Source: Octopus sinensis (Eukaryota). From it: 64,000 nt of DNA. The position numbers and the translations under genes are program-made. Position 1 is the first letter of the stretch. Every line of letters begins with the position of its first letter. The stretch lies in NCBI RefSeq assembly GCF_006345805.1, contig NC_043000.1, forward strand, positions 25,234,001-25,298,000. Reading direction: 5' to 3'. The notes beneath the pieces were generated by a model that saw only the letters and a program-made list of their open reading frames with translations, had not been told where the DNA came from and ran no database searches. Below, piece after piece: positions 1 to 12,759 of this stretch.

Positions 1-523
1 TACGTCGAGGTGAGTCCAGTTATTATTATTTTTTTGTTGTAATGAGATATATGTGTTATGTTGTGTAATTTTAATATTGTAAAGAAGAAGTAATCAGAGA
101 AATGTATTGTTGTCAAAACATAATTTAAAATAAATGAAGTGAATATGGGAACGGTAGTTCGTAAAAATATATCTATACTTATATTGATGTTTTCTGGCTG
201 AATGAGACCATTAATATTGTAAGTGATAATTAAGAGATCTCACATAGAAATGCTGGAGGAGAGTAGTATTAGAAACTTAAAGTTGTGTTTGTAAGAAGAA
301 AAAAAAAAACGTTAGTTGGTAATATAATTATAGTTAAATATAAGTTATCTTGATGTTCAACAAATGATGAGATAATATTTATGCCGTTATGTATCTAATT
401 ATATTAGAGTGGTGTCGACGTGTATGTGTATGTATGCATGCATCTATGTATGCATACATGCATGCATGCATTCATACATTATATATACATATATACACGT
501 AGCTATATAAGTATGTAGTTATT

Positions 524-559
<36 letters not shown>

Positions 560-599
560 TGTGTGCATTTGTGTGTGTGAACAGCATGAGACAAATCTA

Positions 600-3140
600 T
601 GTGTTTATACGGATTACTGAGTGTGTCCTGAATACCATGTCTCCCATGGTTATAAGGAAGAAGTTCGCGCGTATTTAAAATTTGGTCAAAGGTATATTTA
701 GTGCAGATAGCGTGAAAAAGAGAAGATTATAGTTGAACTGTGATAGAAGTTTGTTGCAGTGGGTGTAGATAAAGCTAAACATATGATTTAGAGTATAACG
801 AAGACTGGCTCGTTGAACTAAAATTTAGATATCAATATTTGATTCTGGTGTAAGAGTCGGTGATTGGGAGGTGGTTAACGGTGTCTTAGGAATAATCCGA
901 AACATGGTACATAAGCCTGTAATGTTAAGCTTGAAGAAAGTGGTATGGCGTATGTAATAAATATTAGCGTTATAGGTGGAAGGTCAGAAAGGAAGAAATG
1001 CTAAAAATGTTGAAATTTATAATTATAATGTAGTTTAGAACAATGACACACAGTGTACGCTGGTTATTAGTTTCCTAGGAATAGTAATGAAAAATTGAGA
1101 ATTTGGTGCCTGATATTAACTGAATGGGAAAGTGACATGAGACATATATAGTAACTTTAACTGCTCTGGGTTGTAGAGTAGGGAAAATCGCATTCATATT
1201 TAGAACTATAATGCAGCTTAGTGCGAAGATATTGTGAGTTTAGGTCTTTTCGGCACAAAAAAAGAAAAACCTATATAAAATATCAAATGCGGAAGTGTGA
1301 AATTTCACTGGCTGTCACTAGTAGGAAGTGATGTGTATATCTATCCTTTAGGATAGAACAATGATTTGATTTTAAATGCGTTATGCAATCAAAAGGAAAT
1401 ACGTTCAGAGTGGTAGTTTTGTAAAGATATAAAATCTCTCTGGTGTATATAGTTTGGTACGCTTATTCTATTGCTAATATAAGATTTAATGGAATAGAAT
1501 GCCCTCTATTTCAAGTTCTAATTAATAGTTTCCAGTTTTAGGTTTCATATAAAATTTTTAAATGACGTGTCGTTGCATTTATCCTGATTACCAAAAGTGT
1601 ATGAATGTAAGTGGTATCGTAATTTGAAGAGATTCACAGGCATTGTTAAGTTAATTTCTGCAGTAGCTCGGTATGTTATATCTTGAATTTTGTCATTACA
1701 TTATGGTGAAAATTTGGGAAAATTTGTGCTGATACAATTGTAACTAAAGCTGAATTAATGATAGTCCATTTTAGTTTGGATTAATTAGGGTACTTAAATT
1801 TTGTGCGAGATTTTTTTATAATAGAATTTAATGTTTTAACATAAAGTTTAGGAGATGAAAATGTTTATTCAATTTATTATAAAATATTTCTAAGACTAGT
1901 GAGACTGCAGCAAGATAACATGGCAGAGTAAACCATATTGTATTTCTTTTTCGCTGTTATTATAAATTGGCCTTTATTTTCTATATATTGTATGTACTGA
2001 GAGCATAATTAATAAGTACATTGATTTTTCGAAGAGATTAGATAGTTTCAATAAAACATTGGTTCCAGAGTTTGCATATTTGGTGTAGTGTACCATTAGG
2101 TTTCTTTAAGGAGTATAAAAAGTGTTTAGAGTAATATCCAAGGCACTCACGGGTGTATGTCTCTAGTAATTAGCAGCCCTAAGTCTTTAAAAAACGACAT
2201 TCAAGTCTTGTTCTGTACCCTTCCGTTTGTTGAGATGTTAACTTCCATAATGACAGAAGTCCATCCTTTCTTTGTGTGTTTTATTCTCTATGCAAGAACT
2301 TAGATTTTAATTTGGATAAGACATATATATTTCTTTACTGCCCACAAGGGGCTAAACGTAAAGGGGACAAACAAGGACAGACAAAGGGATTAGGTCGATC
2401 ACATCGACCCCAGTGCGTAACTGGTACTTAATTTATCGACCCCGAAAGGATGAAAGGCAAAGTCGACCTCGGCGGAATTTGAACTCAGAACATAACGGCA
2501 GACGAAATACCGCTAAGCATTTCGCCCGACGTGCTAACGTTTCTGCCAGCTCGCCGCCTTCTTGGATAAGACATATAAACAATAAAGTAGACGACTACCA
2601 CCGAATCGTTGACCCCCTTCATATTAATGCGAAATTGAATGTATTTATGGCCTTACGATCTTGGAGAATGACATTAATTTCTGGGTATTTCTTTGGTGTT
2701 GGTTAATAGCTTCAGAAAATGAAGAATTTCTGATGGTATTTGTTCTGAGAGTGAGGAAAAGTAATTCGTGACACCGAATTATAAAACTTTGAGGTTTGGT
2801 TTGTTGTGTGAGAGAGAGAGAGAGAGAGATAACGAGTAAGCGAGAGCGAGGGAGAGAGAAGGACACGAAACATTGCAAAAGAGCTTGGATGTTACCCCAT
2901 AACTGTAGAGGAGAATTATCTTTAAGTGTTGATACAATTTTATCAAGAAAATGTTTGCTGAAAACACAAATATCCCTTTTAATGAGGTTATTTGTCTAAT
3001 AATGGATTTGTGTGCAAAGTTGTTCTTAGGTTCCATAAAAGTGAAGTCAGAGTGTCTTGATTCAATTGATTCAATTCTAAGGATTTCAGGTTCACAATTT
3101 TTTTTTTTTTTACCATGGATATTAATGTCATTCAAAATAT
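600..3140 (-). mobile_element. Highly degenerate L1/Tx1-type LINE ORF2 remnant (endonuclease to RT), interrupted by a SINE and a (GA)n tract
   Basis: Minus-strand translation gives IRT*NRGHSIPLNLILAIE (~1466-1522, like RQGCPLSPLLFILAIE), LSTLINPN*NG (~1765-1797, like LxxLIxPxQxGF) and DLNVVF-KD (~2183-2207, like WKLNxSLLKD), in the order expected for L1 ORF2. Many stops; boundaries approximate. Confidence 0.55.
2328..2560 (-). mobile_element. SINE family A monomer (tRNA-derived head, tail-1)
   Basis: Head GGCGGCGAGCTGGCAGAAACGTTAGC, B-box-like GAGTTCAAATTC, body GCCTTTCATCCTTTCGGGGTCGATAAATTAAGTACC; 16-bp TSD TTGGATAAGACATATA at 2312-2327 and 2562-2577. Confidence 0.9.
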
Positions 3141-3395
3141 TCCAACCAGTTTATTAGTAAGAGATAAATAAGAATGTGCGGTAACATTTTAGTCCGATAA
3201 AACACAAAGGGAGCTGCCACGCCATGGATTTAAGCATATCAGATTGTAAACATAACTGCACAGTGTGCAGGAAAGATTTTTAGACGCTCATCAATCGTAT
3301 TTATTTATATATTCTAAAACAAATATAACTTGAATTCTTTCACCATCACTCATGTCATTAATATACCCGCCATTGACTATTTATGCACGACTAAC

Positions 3396-3396
<1 letters not shown>

Positions 3397-3453
<57 letters not shown>

Positions 3454-3511
3454 TACACATATGTAAAGTATTCAAAGTTTATATATATATAATATATATA
3501 AACATATCTAT

Positions 3512-3551
<40 letters not shown>

Positions 3552-3622
3552 GCGTGTGTGTGAGTATAGATGTATGCTTTCCTAAACTTATATAATTGTT
3601 TTTTCTCGATAATTCATCGGTA

Positions 3623-3654
<32 letters not shown>

Positions 3655-3686
3655 TATATATGTATGTATGTATGTAGTATGTATGC

Positions 3687-3765
<79 letters not shown>

Positions 3766-3845
3766 CATATACATGCATATATATTATATATGAATATTAT
3801 ATCTTATGTATAATATACATACATTCATAAACACACACACACAAA
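3397..3845. repeat. (CA)n/(TA)n compound microsatellite
   Basis: Directly visible simple repeats. Confidence 0.95.
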
Positions 3846-4035
3846 TATCTTATACATTTTTCTCCTTCAATTAACTCTTTAATATAATATTATTTTTGGC
3901 TTATATTATTTTGCTGTTAATCTACTTTAATCGGTATTTTATTTCGCTTATTTGCGACCGACAGATGGTATCAGTAATGGAAAAAACCTATGGAAGCATA
4001 GTTATCTTGATTCAATCGGAAGATTGGCTACTTTT

Positions 4036-4105
4036 ACCACCACCACCACCACCACCACCACGACACCCACCACCACCACCACCACCACCACCACCACCAC
4101 CACCA
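4036..4105. repeat. (CAC)n microsatellite
   Basis: Directly visible. Confidence 0.95.
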
Positions 4106-4307
4106 TTGCTAACACCAAATTTCGTTATTTACATTTAAAAAATGCAATAAAGCTTCAAAACTTTATACCTCTTGAAGTTCACTAAAATTAAATGAATATC
4201 CAGAATAATTTTCAATATTTTTCAATATTTTTCTTTAACACTTTATAGTAATATTTCAATATAGCACGTAACAGTATTTTATTAAAGCGGTTATCCTTAT
4301 TTAATAG

Positions 4308-4683
4308 AATCAGCGACGTTTTTCTACGAGAACTGGAGCATGGGTGGGCAAATACTGATGGACTACATCAAGTCTGCATAAAACAACAGGGCGAGGACTC
4401 CTGAGTTCATCGGAGAAGACCTGTTTCGTGTAATGGTGGGCCGAACAGACAAGAGAGAATGAGTCACGGCGATCCGTGCAATAAGCACGACCGGATGATG
4501 ATGATGATGATGATGATGATGACGACGACGACGACGACGATGATGAATATGATGATGATGATGATGATGCGGATGAGGCTGATGATGAGGATGATATGAT
4601 GACGACGACGACGACGCTGATGATGATGATGGCGACGACGACGCTGATGATGTTGATGATGATGATGATGATGATGATGATGT

Positions 4684-4725
<42 letters not shown>

Positions 4726-4785
4726 CGCCGACGACGACGCTGATGATGTTGATGATGATGATGATGATGATGATGATGACGATCA
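4308..4785 (+). mobile_element. RTE-type LINE 3' end with expanded (GAT/GAC)n tail
   Basis: ISDVFLRELEHGWANTDGLHQVCIKQQGED then, after a frameshift, EDLFRVMVGRTDKRE*VTAIRAISTTG* resembles the RTE C-terminus (ISDVLLWxPxHG...YIxQL...EDL..AM.DR..W.ERV..IRA); immediately followed by (TGA)n. Confidence 0.7.
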
Positions 4786-4881
4786 CTACTTACCCATCTT
4801 CTGATATCAATGTCATGTTAAAGTGCATCTTAAAATAATTGTAACTTTAATTTTCTTATAATTTATCTTAAATAAAAGTTG

Positions 4882-5319
4882 CGAAGTATATTTGCCACCT
4901 AAATGTGGCGGACCTATAGCGGACGATGCTACTGTTGTTTATATCCCCAGGAAGACATCTCCTCCAGCTAGCTAACGACACACTGTCTGTATCCGATCAG
5001 TATTTGCGAAGGGAAATCATCGTCCCCATCTCCAGCCTTACGTGATACACACAGACCCGGGTTTCTGGATAGTAACCCGTCATCAACATGTGACAATCAC
5101 CAGCTGGGAATGAGAACTGATTCCAAACACAAAATACTATATGCTTTTTCCAGTGACGGGTCCGTGTGTATCATGTAAAGCTAGGGATGGGAACGATGAT
5201 CTCCTTTTGCAAATACTAATCGAACATAGACAGGGTGTCGTTAGCCAGCTGGATGAGATAAACAACAGTAGCATTGTCCCCTATGGGTCAGCCACATTTA
5301 GGCGGCAAATATACTTCAC
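4882..5319. mobile_element. Foldback/MITE-like element with ~170-190-bp imperfect inverted arms
   Basis: GAAGTATATTTGCCACCTAAATGTGGC... (from 4883) is the reverse complement of ...GCCACATTTAGGCGGCAAATATACTTC (to 5317); arms ~4882-5070 and ~5155-5319. Confidence 0.85.
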
Positions 5320-5470
5320 GATTCCGTGCTACTACTGTTTACGTCTCGTTCAGAGATTTATTATTGCTTAAATAAAAGGTTTTTTAAATTTTTTTTTTTC
5401 TCAAACGGTGTATAGTATACAGTGACCCTTTCTTCCCGCTAAAATATTTGAATCACATTTAGCGTACCTC

Positions 5471-5542
<72 letters not shown>

Positions 5543-5579
5543 ACACACACACACACAGCATGGTAAGCGTTGTAAAGTA

Positions 5580-5800
5580 TCTTTTATCTTTCACTTGTTT
5601 CAGTCACTGCTCTGCAACCATACTGGGGCACAATCTTAATAGGCTTTAAGTCGAACAAATTGACCCCAGTACCTGTTTTAAGCCTGTAATTATTCTGTTG
5701 GTCTCTTTTGTCGAACCACTACGTTAGGAGAACGTAAACAAACTAACTCCAGTTATAAAGCAGTGTGGCGGATAAAGGCATAAACACACACACACACATA
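5580..5800 (-). mobile_element. SINE family B, diverged 3' half
   Basis: Reverse-complement match to the 3' part of the copies at 17368 and 60618 (TGACTGAAACAAGT, CTGGGGTCAATTTGTTCGACT). Confidence 0.75.
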
Positions 5801-5830
5801 TATACATACATACATACATACATACATACA

Positions 5831-5865
<35 letters not shown>

Positions 5866-6245
5866 TAAAATTAATCAAAGGACATACTAGGTATGTTTAC
5901 CTGCTGGAAATAACAGTCAAAACTCTTATTTAAATCGCCAAAATACACTGATAATAACAACAGAAATCAACCATCCGAAGGCAAACGGGTCAAGACAACG
6001 TCTCAGCATACATCCAAGTATTTGGACTCACGTGGACCGGTTTCTGGATTGGCATAATATATATATATATATATATAGCGAGAGAGAGAGAGTGAGAATG
6101 TACATTGCATCCCCGGAACAGCTGAAGCTACTGAGAGAAACTCAAAGTGCGTGTAATTTTTCATTCACTTCATTATTCTGATGACTCACATAATAACACT
6201 CGAGTAAGAAATCAATTTTTAATCAATAGCATCAACATTGAACAC

Positions 6246-6309
<64 letters not shown>

Positions 6310-6329
6310 ATAATATTTTCTCTGTTAGC

Positions 6330-7100
6330 CACTGGAGCTAGAAGAGATGCATAATAATTACAAAGCGAGGAGTGAATATCTCCAACGGTGTGCCTGTATC
6401 ATCTAAAGGGTTCTAATAACAAATGGACCGCTTGACCATTTAAACGCGTCCTTTCCGCTCGAAGCGGAAGAGCTGACGCTCTACTCTGCCCAAACCGGAA
6501 TTGGGGAGAGGCACGACGATCAAACGATAAGTTATGACGAAAGCGATGCAGACATTCGCCACATCAGCTCGACCTTTCAAGGTTTGTGTCCTGTTGACCC
6601 ATTTCTGAGCGAAGACTTTCACCCTCCGTGTAACCTCGTCTCAGTTCCCATTCACTTAGAGGTCCGGACCAGACCAACCCCGGTGCAGTTTAACTGGTCT
6701 GTACTGAAACATCTCAGCATATTTTCCCTTTTAGTAAATTTACAAGGAACTTTTTCGACTTAGTCGCCGGATTATCTAAAATGGAAGCACATGGTTCGCG
6801 GTCTTTGTCATAACATCCTTACTGTGGTATGTCTGTGGTCAAAATATTTAAATCCGCCATTTGTTTTAATCGATCATCATTTCTTAATTTTGTAGGTGGC
6901 GACTACTGAAAAATTGACGAACGTTTCACTACTTTGCAATTCGTAGTTCCATTCTTCATTTTAATGCTTATTCGAGAAATCCCTCTCAAATATTTTAGCC
7001 TTGCCCACCAACGCAACCTCTAATGCCATAGCCACCAGGCAGAGGAACACTGTCTGCACTGTTTTGTCAAAGGCGGACAATGGAATGATCCTCACGATGG
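6330..7100 (-). mobile_element. Tx1-clade LINE ORF2 fragment (post-RT region), pseudogenised
   Basis: Minus frame RPVKLHRGWSGPDL*VNGN*DEVTRRVKVFAQKWVNRTQTLKGRADVANVCIAFVITYRLIVVPLP...VERQLFRF matches the Tx1/L1 W..R.LSLKGR..V.N....Y...V.P.P...LF.F.W.G motif. Core 6440-6700 is firm; the extension to 7100 is weak. Confidence 0.75.
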
Positions 7101-7120
7101 ACTCGGCTGATAACCAGATT

Positions 7121-7350
7121 TATCCTATTTTTTTTACTACCCACAAGGGCCTAAACACAGAGAGGACAAAGGACAGACAAACGGATTAAGTCGATTACAT
7201 CGACCCCAGTGCGTAACTGGTACTTAATTTATCGACCCCGAAAGGATGAAAAGCAAAGTCGACTTCGGCGGAATTTGAACTCAGAACATAACGGCAGACG
7301 AGATACGGCTACGCATTTCGCCAGGCGTGCTAACGTTTCAGCTCGCCGCC
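7121..7350 (-). mobile_element. SINE family A monomer
   Basis: Family A sequence; 18-bp TSD TCGGCTGATA(A/C)CCAGATT at 7103-7120 and 7353-7370. Confidence 0.9.
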
Positions 7351-7813
7351 TATCGGCTGATACCCAGATTCGTCCTACACACAACAATAGCAGTTTGCCT
7401 TGACTCCACAAGTCAGCAATATTCGTTCATGTCACGATAACGTACAGATGGTTTCGTCTTTAACGATGCCGTACCAGACAATGGCTTACAAGATTCGCAG
7501 TAAATAAAAATGCAATGATATATCACGGAAAACAGTCGGTCAGTTAACACAGACATAGTTTAGAAACGAGAACTCAATAATCTCTAATTGATTGCAATTG
7601 TCCAGGAATAAAATAAACGATTTATCTGGAAATATTGTCTTCATCCGTTTAGTAATTATTACAAATGTTGCATTTGCCGTTTGTTCTTAATTACATATGA
7701 TTGTCCCTTGTCTATTGATCGTTGTCATTGATGCTGGCTCTTAATTATACACCATTGTCCCTCGTCTATTGATTGTTATGGCTTCCTCATAGATAGAAAG
7801 GTAATATATATAG

Positions 7814-8041
7814 AGGCGAGCTGGCAGAAACGTTAGCACGCCGGGCGAAATGCGTAGCCGTATTTCGTCTGCCGCTACGTGTTGAGTTCAAATTCCGCCG
7901 AGGTTGACTTTGCCTTTCATCCTTTCGGGGTCGATAAATGAAGTACCAGTTACGCACTGGGGTCGATGTAATCGGCTTAATCCGTTTGTCTGTCCTTGTT
8001 TGTCCTCTCTGTGTTTAGCCCCTTCTGGGTAGTAAAGAAAT
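7814..8041 (+). mobile_element. SINE family A monomer
   Basis: Family A head, body and tail-1, ending in (TA)n. Confidence 0.9.
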
Positions 8042-9457
8042 ATATATATATATATATATATAAATTAATGTGTGTGTGTATATAGCATCACGCAAATACA
8101 TACATACACAAACACATGCGAGAGCGTAGAGCACAGCTTAGAAATTCTGCATTGCCATTCGACCAATTAGAAATAGCTGCTAAATCTCTCTTAAATTACA
8201 CCGTATACGTAGTCAGCCCTAAATAAGATACTTTGGAAAATGTAAGTTTAGACATACCCAAAAAACAAGCAATGGCCATGCCTGGACTGCTTTTGATCAA
8301 AGCTCCCTTTAATCAGGGTTAATTCAAGGTTAAATCCTTTGCTAAAAGCAGAACAAACAACACCGGACCGAAATACTCTCGTTAACTTATATATGGTAGT
8401 AAAATAATACTTGAGGCAGGTGTTTACACGGCATTCATCGAACAGAAACTATGTCAACACTTAACGGTAAATGACAGTTCTTTTGAAAAGATTATGTATA
8501 TGTCGCTTTTATTTAATATTATTCAGTAGATGCTAAACTCTTTTTCTTTCTTTCACACACACCTAACGTAATTAGTATCGAAAACACAGTTACACACAAG
8601 TACATACTAAAATAGCGCGATAGAATTCTTACACAGTTATATACACGAATTCAGCAAGCTTGAAATAGAACAAATGACTTCACACACATAATAATAAACT
8701 CACTTTATATGTGAGATATTTTTCGCTATGTTAAAAGGCTTACGTTGGATAAGCCTGTTAACATTTCCATATTTACATCAAGGTAGTTGACAATTCAAGG
8801 CATATATTGTAAGCATGTGGGAATCTGAGAATCTTCCCTCAAGCGGAAACGATGTAAGCATGGAATTTTACAAACGTAGCACCGTGTGTATGCAGCACGT
8901 TTGTGTAAAGGTATATATTTACACGAATGTCCGATCGGTCACAAAACACCGTTCGCATCAAAACCGCATAACGGAATAACGAGAATGTAACAATGAAAGG
9001 GGCCGTTCTTATTAAGCAGTTAAAACCAACCATCAACGACAGACAAGAGTTGCACGACACTAACTGATTGATTTAACTCTACTAATCTTTGCATGTTGCA
9101 CATCCCTATACATTTCATATATCTGTACAGATAAGAGTTAAACTCAGCCAGTTTCAGTTTTTGTTATTTTTATTGACAAGCGTCTTCATTAGAAACATCG
9201 AATCATAAAGCAAAACTGTGAACCTACATATTTTATTGCTATTCGCTTGTTTTTACAACTTACGCTGTAATGGAAGAGGCTTTCTAAATCACTTTTAAAT
9301 GTATTGTTACAATGTTTCAGGTAAACTATACGACTAATAAAGTATACAAATAAACTACACAAACCTCCCTGAAAGAGACCACGCGTACTGTTATTCCTCC
9401 CATGATTAAGCAATAAGAAGTAAAACAAATAGTAAAACCATGTAATTACGAAATATA

Positions 9458-10048
9458 CTTTTCTACTCTAGGCACAAGGCCAGAAATTTTGGGAAGTGGG
9501 GAAGGGGCAGTCGATTAGATCGACATCAGTACGCAACTGGTACTTAAATTATTGACCCCGAAAGGATGAAAGGCAAAGTCGACCTCGGCGGAATTTGAAC
9601 TCAGAACGTGAAAAACAGACGAAATACCTATTACTTTACTACCCACAAGGAGCTAAACACAGAGAGGACAAAAAAAAAAAAAAAAGGACAGACAAACGGA
9701 TTAAGTCGATTATATCAACCCCAGTGCGTAACTGGTACATATTTAATCGACTCCGAAAGGATGAAAGGCAAAGTCGACCTCGGCGGAATTTGAACTCAGA
9801 ACGTAGCGGCAGACGAAATACCGCAAAGCATTTCGCCCGGCGTGCTAACGTTTCTTATTTCTTTACTACCTACAAGGGGCTACACACAAAGTGGACAAAC
9901 AAGGACAGACAAACGGATTAAGACGATTATATCGACTCCAATGTGTAACTGGTACTATTTAATCGACCCCGAAAGGATGAAAAGCAAAGTCGACCTCGGC
10001 GGAATTTGAAATCAGAACGTGCTAACGTTTCTGCCAGCTCGCCGCCTT
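9458..10048 (-). mobile_element. SINE family A trimeric array ending in tail-2
   Basis: Three copies of the GAAAGGATGAAA(G/A)GCAAAGTCGACCTCGGCGGAATTTGAA body joined by tail-1; tail-2 (CCTTGTGCCTAGAGTAGAAAAG) at the 3' end. Confidence 0.9.
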
Positions 10049-10614
10049 AATATAACCATTGTAGGAATATTTCCTATGTGTAACAGTGTGTATTTCAAAT
10101 CTGTCAGATGTTTTAACAATTCCAATCTAAGAAGTCTGCCTGGGACACCGTCAGCAATTCCAGATGTGAAAGTGAAGATAGATATCACGTGACAGGCGCC
10201 GGTAATTAGATAAATTTACTCTATAGAATTTTTAAGGGCCAATGGCTTACATGAATGGTCTTTTCTATACTAATAATTACATTGCATTAAGTGATCACAG
10301 CGGAATTAGCAAGGTAATATATTATTACTAGTCAAACTGAAAATAGTTATCCTTTAATTTCGCTATGAAAATTACAAGTTCTCTGAAATTATCATATTGT
10401 CAGGCGGAGTCTGTAGAAGTTGTAAAGTATAGGTGAAGTCCATTATAGCTATAACACTTTGATTCAACTTTTGGTTAGATTATTTTCAATTTATTTAGAC
10501 TGCTAGTTTCCTTATAAGGCCCGTGGACGTAACTTCTCATCCATCCATTCCTTTTAACCCCGCAGTTTTTTACTCGATGGATATCACGTGATATAATTTT
10601 AAGATTAAAAGGTA

Positions 10615-11021
10615 ATTTTTTTTACTACCCACAAGGGGCTAAACACAAAGAGGACAAACAAGGACAGTCAAACGGATTAAGTCGATTAAATCGACCCCAG
10701 TGCGCAAATGGTACTTAATTTATCGACTCCGAAAGGATGAAAGGCAAAGTCGACCTCGGTGGAATTTGAACTCAGAACGCAGCGACAAACAAAATACCTA
10801 TTTCTTTATTGCCCACAAGGGGCTAAACATAGAGGGGACAAACAAGGACAGACAAACGGATTAAGTCGATTAAATCGACCCCAGTGCGTAAGTGGTACTT
10901 AATTTATCGACCCCGAAAGGATGAAAGGCAAAGTCGACCTCGGCGGAATTTGAACTCAGAACGCAGCGACAGAGGAAATACCGCCTAGCATTTCGCCCGG
11001 CGTGCTAACGTTTCAGCCAGC
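10615..11021 (-). mobile_element. SINE family A dimer
   Basis: Two body+tail-1 units with junction AAAGAAATAGGTATTT. Confidence 0.9.
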
Positions 11022-11271
11022 TAATCTAACTGAACACCAAAGAGCAGTGTATATCAGCAGACAACGAAGCTATGCTAAAATCAGAAAGGAGATCATATAA
11101 ACATCAAAGAACGCTGTACATCGATAGGAAACCGGGCGTTGTTAATATCAGAGAATGGTATAAATCAACATTTTAACATCAGAAAGCAATGTATGTTGAT
11201 GTTAGAAAGCTATTTATGTTAAATCAAGAAGCTGTTTATGTGAACCTTAGAAAACTGTTAATGTTGTTATC

Positions 11272-11425
11272 AGCCGTGGTGGACTTGGCCTTTCATTCTT
11301 TCGGGGTCGATTAAATAAGTACCAGTTACGCACTGGGATCGATATGATCGTCTTAATCCGTTTGTCTGTCCTTGTTTGTCACCTCTGTGTATAGCCCCTT
11401 TTGGGCAGTAAAGAAATAAGAAAGA
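11272..11425 (+). mobile_element. SINE family A, 5'-truncated
   Basis: Body and tail-1 only. Confidence 0.85.
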
Positions 11426-11429
11426 TATT

Positions 11430-12181
11430 TACATCTGCCTGTTGGCTCTCCTCCTGCAACTCAACTTGATTTCGTGCCGGGTCGTCTGCTGCTGGAGAGG
11501 ACCGATCAGGTAAAGGACCTGGGTATCTTGGTGGATTCCTCCTTTTCGCCTTCGGTCCAGTGTGTCCATGCTGCCAACAAAGCACGCGGAATTCTGTTCT
11601 AGATTCGACGGTCATTCGGAATGCTCACAGCAGCCATATTCCTCATGCTGGTGAGACCCATATTGGAGTACGGGATTCAAGCCTCTTCTCCCTATCTCCT
11701 CAAAGACATACAGCATATCGAAAGAGTCCAGAAGCTGGCTACCCGCATGGTTCTTGGTCTCAAGAATTTGTCTTACGAAGAAAGGCTGAAGACGCTCTAC
11801 CTTTATTCTCTAGAAAAACGACGACGCCGTGGAGATCTCATTCTTGCTCAGAACATCATAAGCGGAAAGTGTAACCTCTCGAAAGAGCTGTTCTTCACTC
11901 CTGCTCCAGAGCGTCGGCTGCGGGGTCATTCCGAAAAGCTCTATCTGCGACGATTTCATCTCAATCGAAGGAGAGAGGCTTTCTCCGTCCGGGTTGCGGA
12001 TCCGTGGAATAAGCTGCCAGACGATATGGTGAAGATGCCGACGACCGCTCGGTTCAAAGTCTCCCTTGACCTCAAGTGGCCTGAACTCTTTACATGAACA
12101 CAACCCTGTACATAACTCCATGTCCCCCTACATGGCCTTGCTTTTTGCTTTTTGAGCCAAAAAATTAACTAACTAACTAAC
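11430..12181 (+). mobile_element. CR1-clade LINE 3' end (ORF2 C-terminus, 3' UTR, (AACT)n tail)
   Basis: KDLGILVD upstream; ORF 11621-12097 LVRPILEY...IERVQKLATRMV.GL..LSYEERL..L.LYSLEKRRRRGDLI...RGH..KL...FSVRV...WNKLP is the typical CR1 C-terminus; terminal AACT repeats. Confidence 0.92.
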
Positions 12182-12759
12182 GTTATCATTAAAAAAAATA
12201 ATAAGTTAACAGCAGTGCATGGTGACAAAAGTATTTCTGTACTGAAGTTAGTTTCGAACTGTGTCTGCAAAGTCAATGTATTCGGAGGTTAAAATAATAT
12301 ATACAAGAGCTGCTAAAGCTAATCAACATAGGCTTTGTCACAATGTTATAGAATAATCTGTATAATCATTACGAAGGAGTGTTAAAAATAATCAAAAAAC
12401 CAAGCAATAACGTAAAAATCAATCTGTGTCTTTTGAAATGGAAATCATATACAAGTTGCACAATACAATGTGTAGTATAGTTACAAAGCGCTGCAGAGAT
12501 AACCTTCAACATAACATTTATATATATATATGTATACGTGGGCGATGCGGGCTTTGTTTATACACAGGTACATACACACATGAAAGGAAACAACATGAGA
12601 GGTTATTTATAAGATGCTTAATTACACTATCTTACGTACGTCTCATTAGTATAAGGTCATTATTAGTGAGGTATACAATATTACAAATCACGTAATCCAT
12701 GCATGCTGTCAAATCGTCGGAGACAGGTAATTATTAAATGTAATATTACTGGAGAGAAA

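Noticed and set aside
2413-2706. Recurrent short ORFs of the MRNWYLIYRPRKDERQSRPRRNLNSE type
   Set aside because: Antisense translation of SINE-A; no evidence of coding function.
4308-4381. Apparent terminal exon (ESATFFYENWSMGGQILMDYIKSA*) after a TAG acceptor
   Set aside because: Other frames of the same stretch match an RTE LINE C-terminus followed by its (TGA)n tail.
6406-6763. ~120-codon stop-free frame on the + strand
   Set aside because: It is the antisense shadow of a recognisable Tx1 ORF2 fragment on the minus strand.
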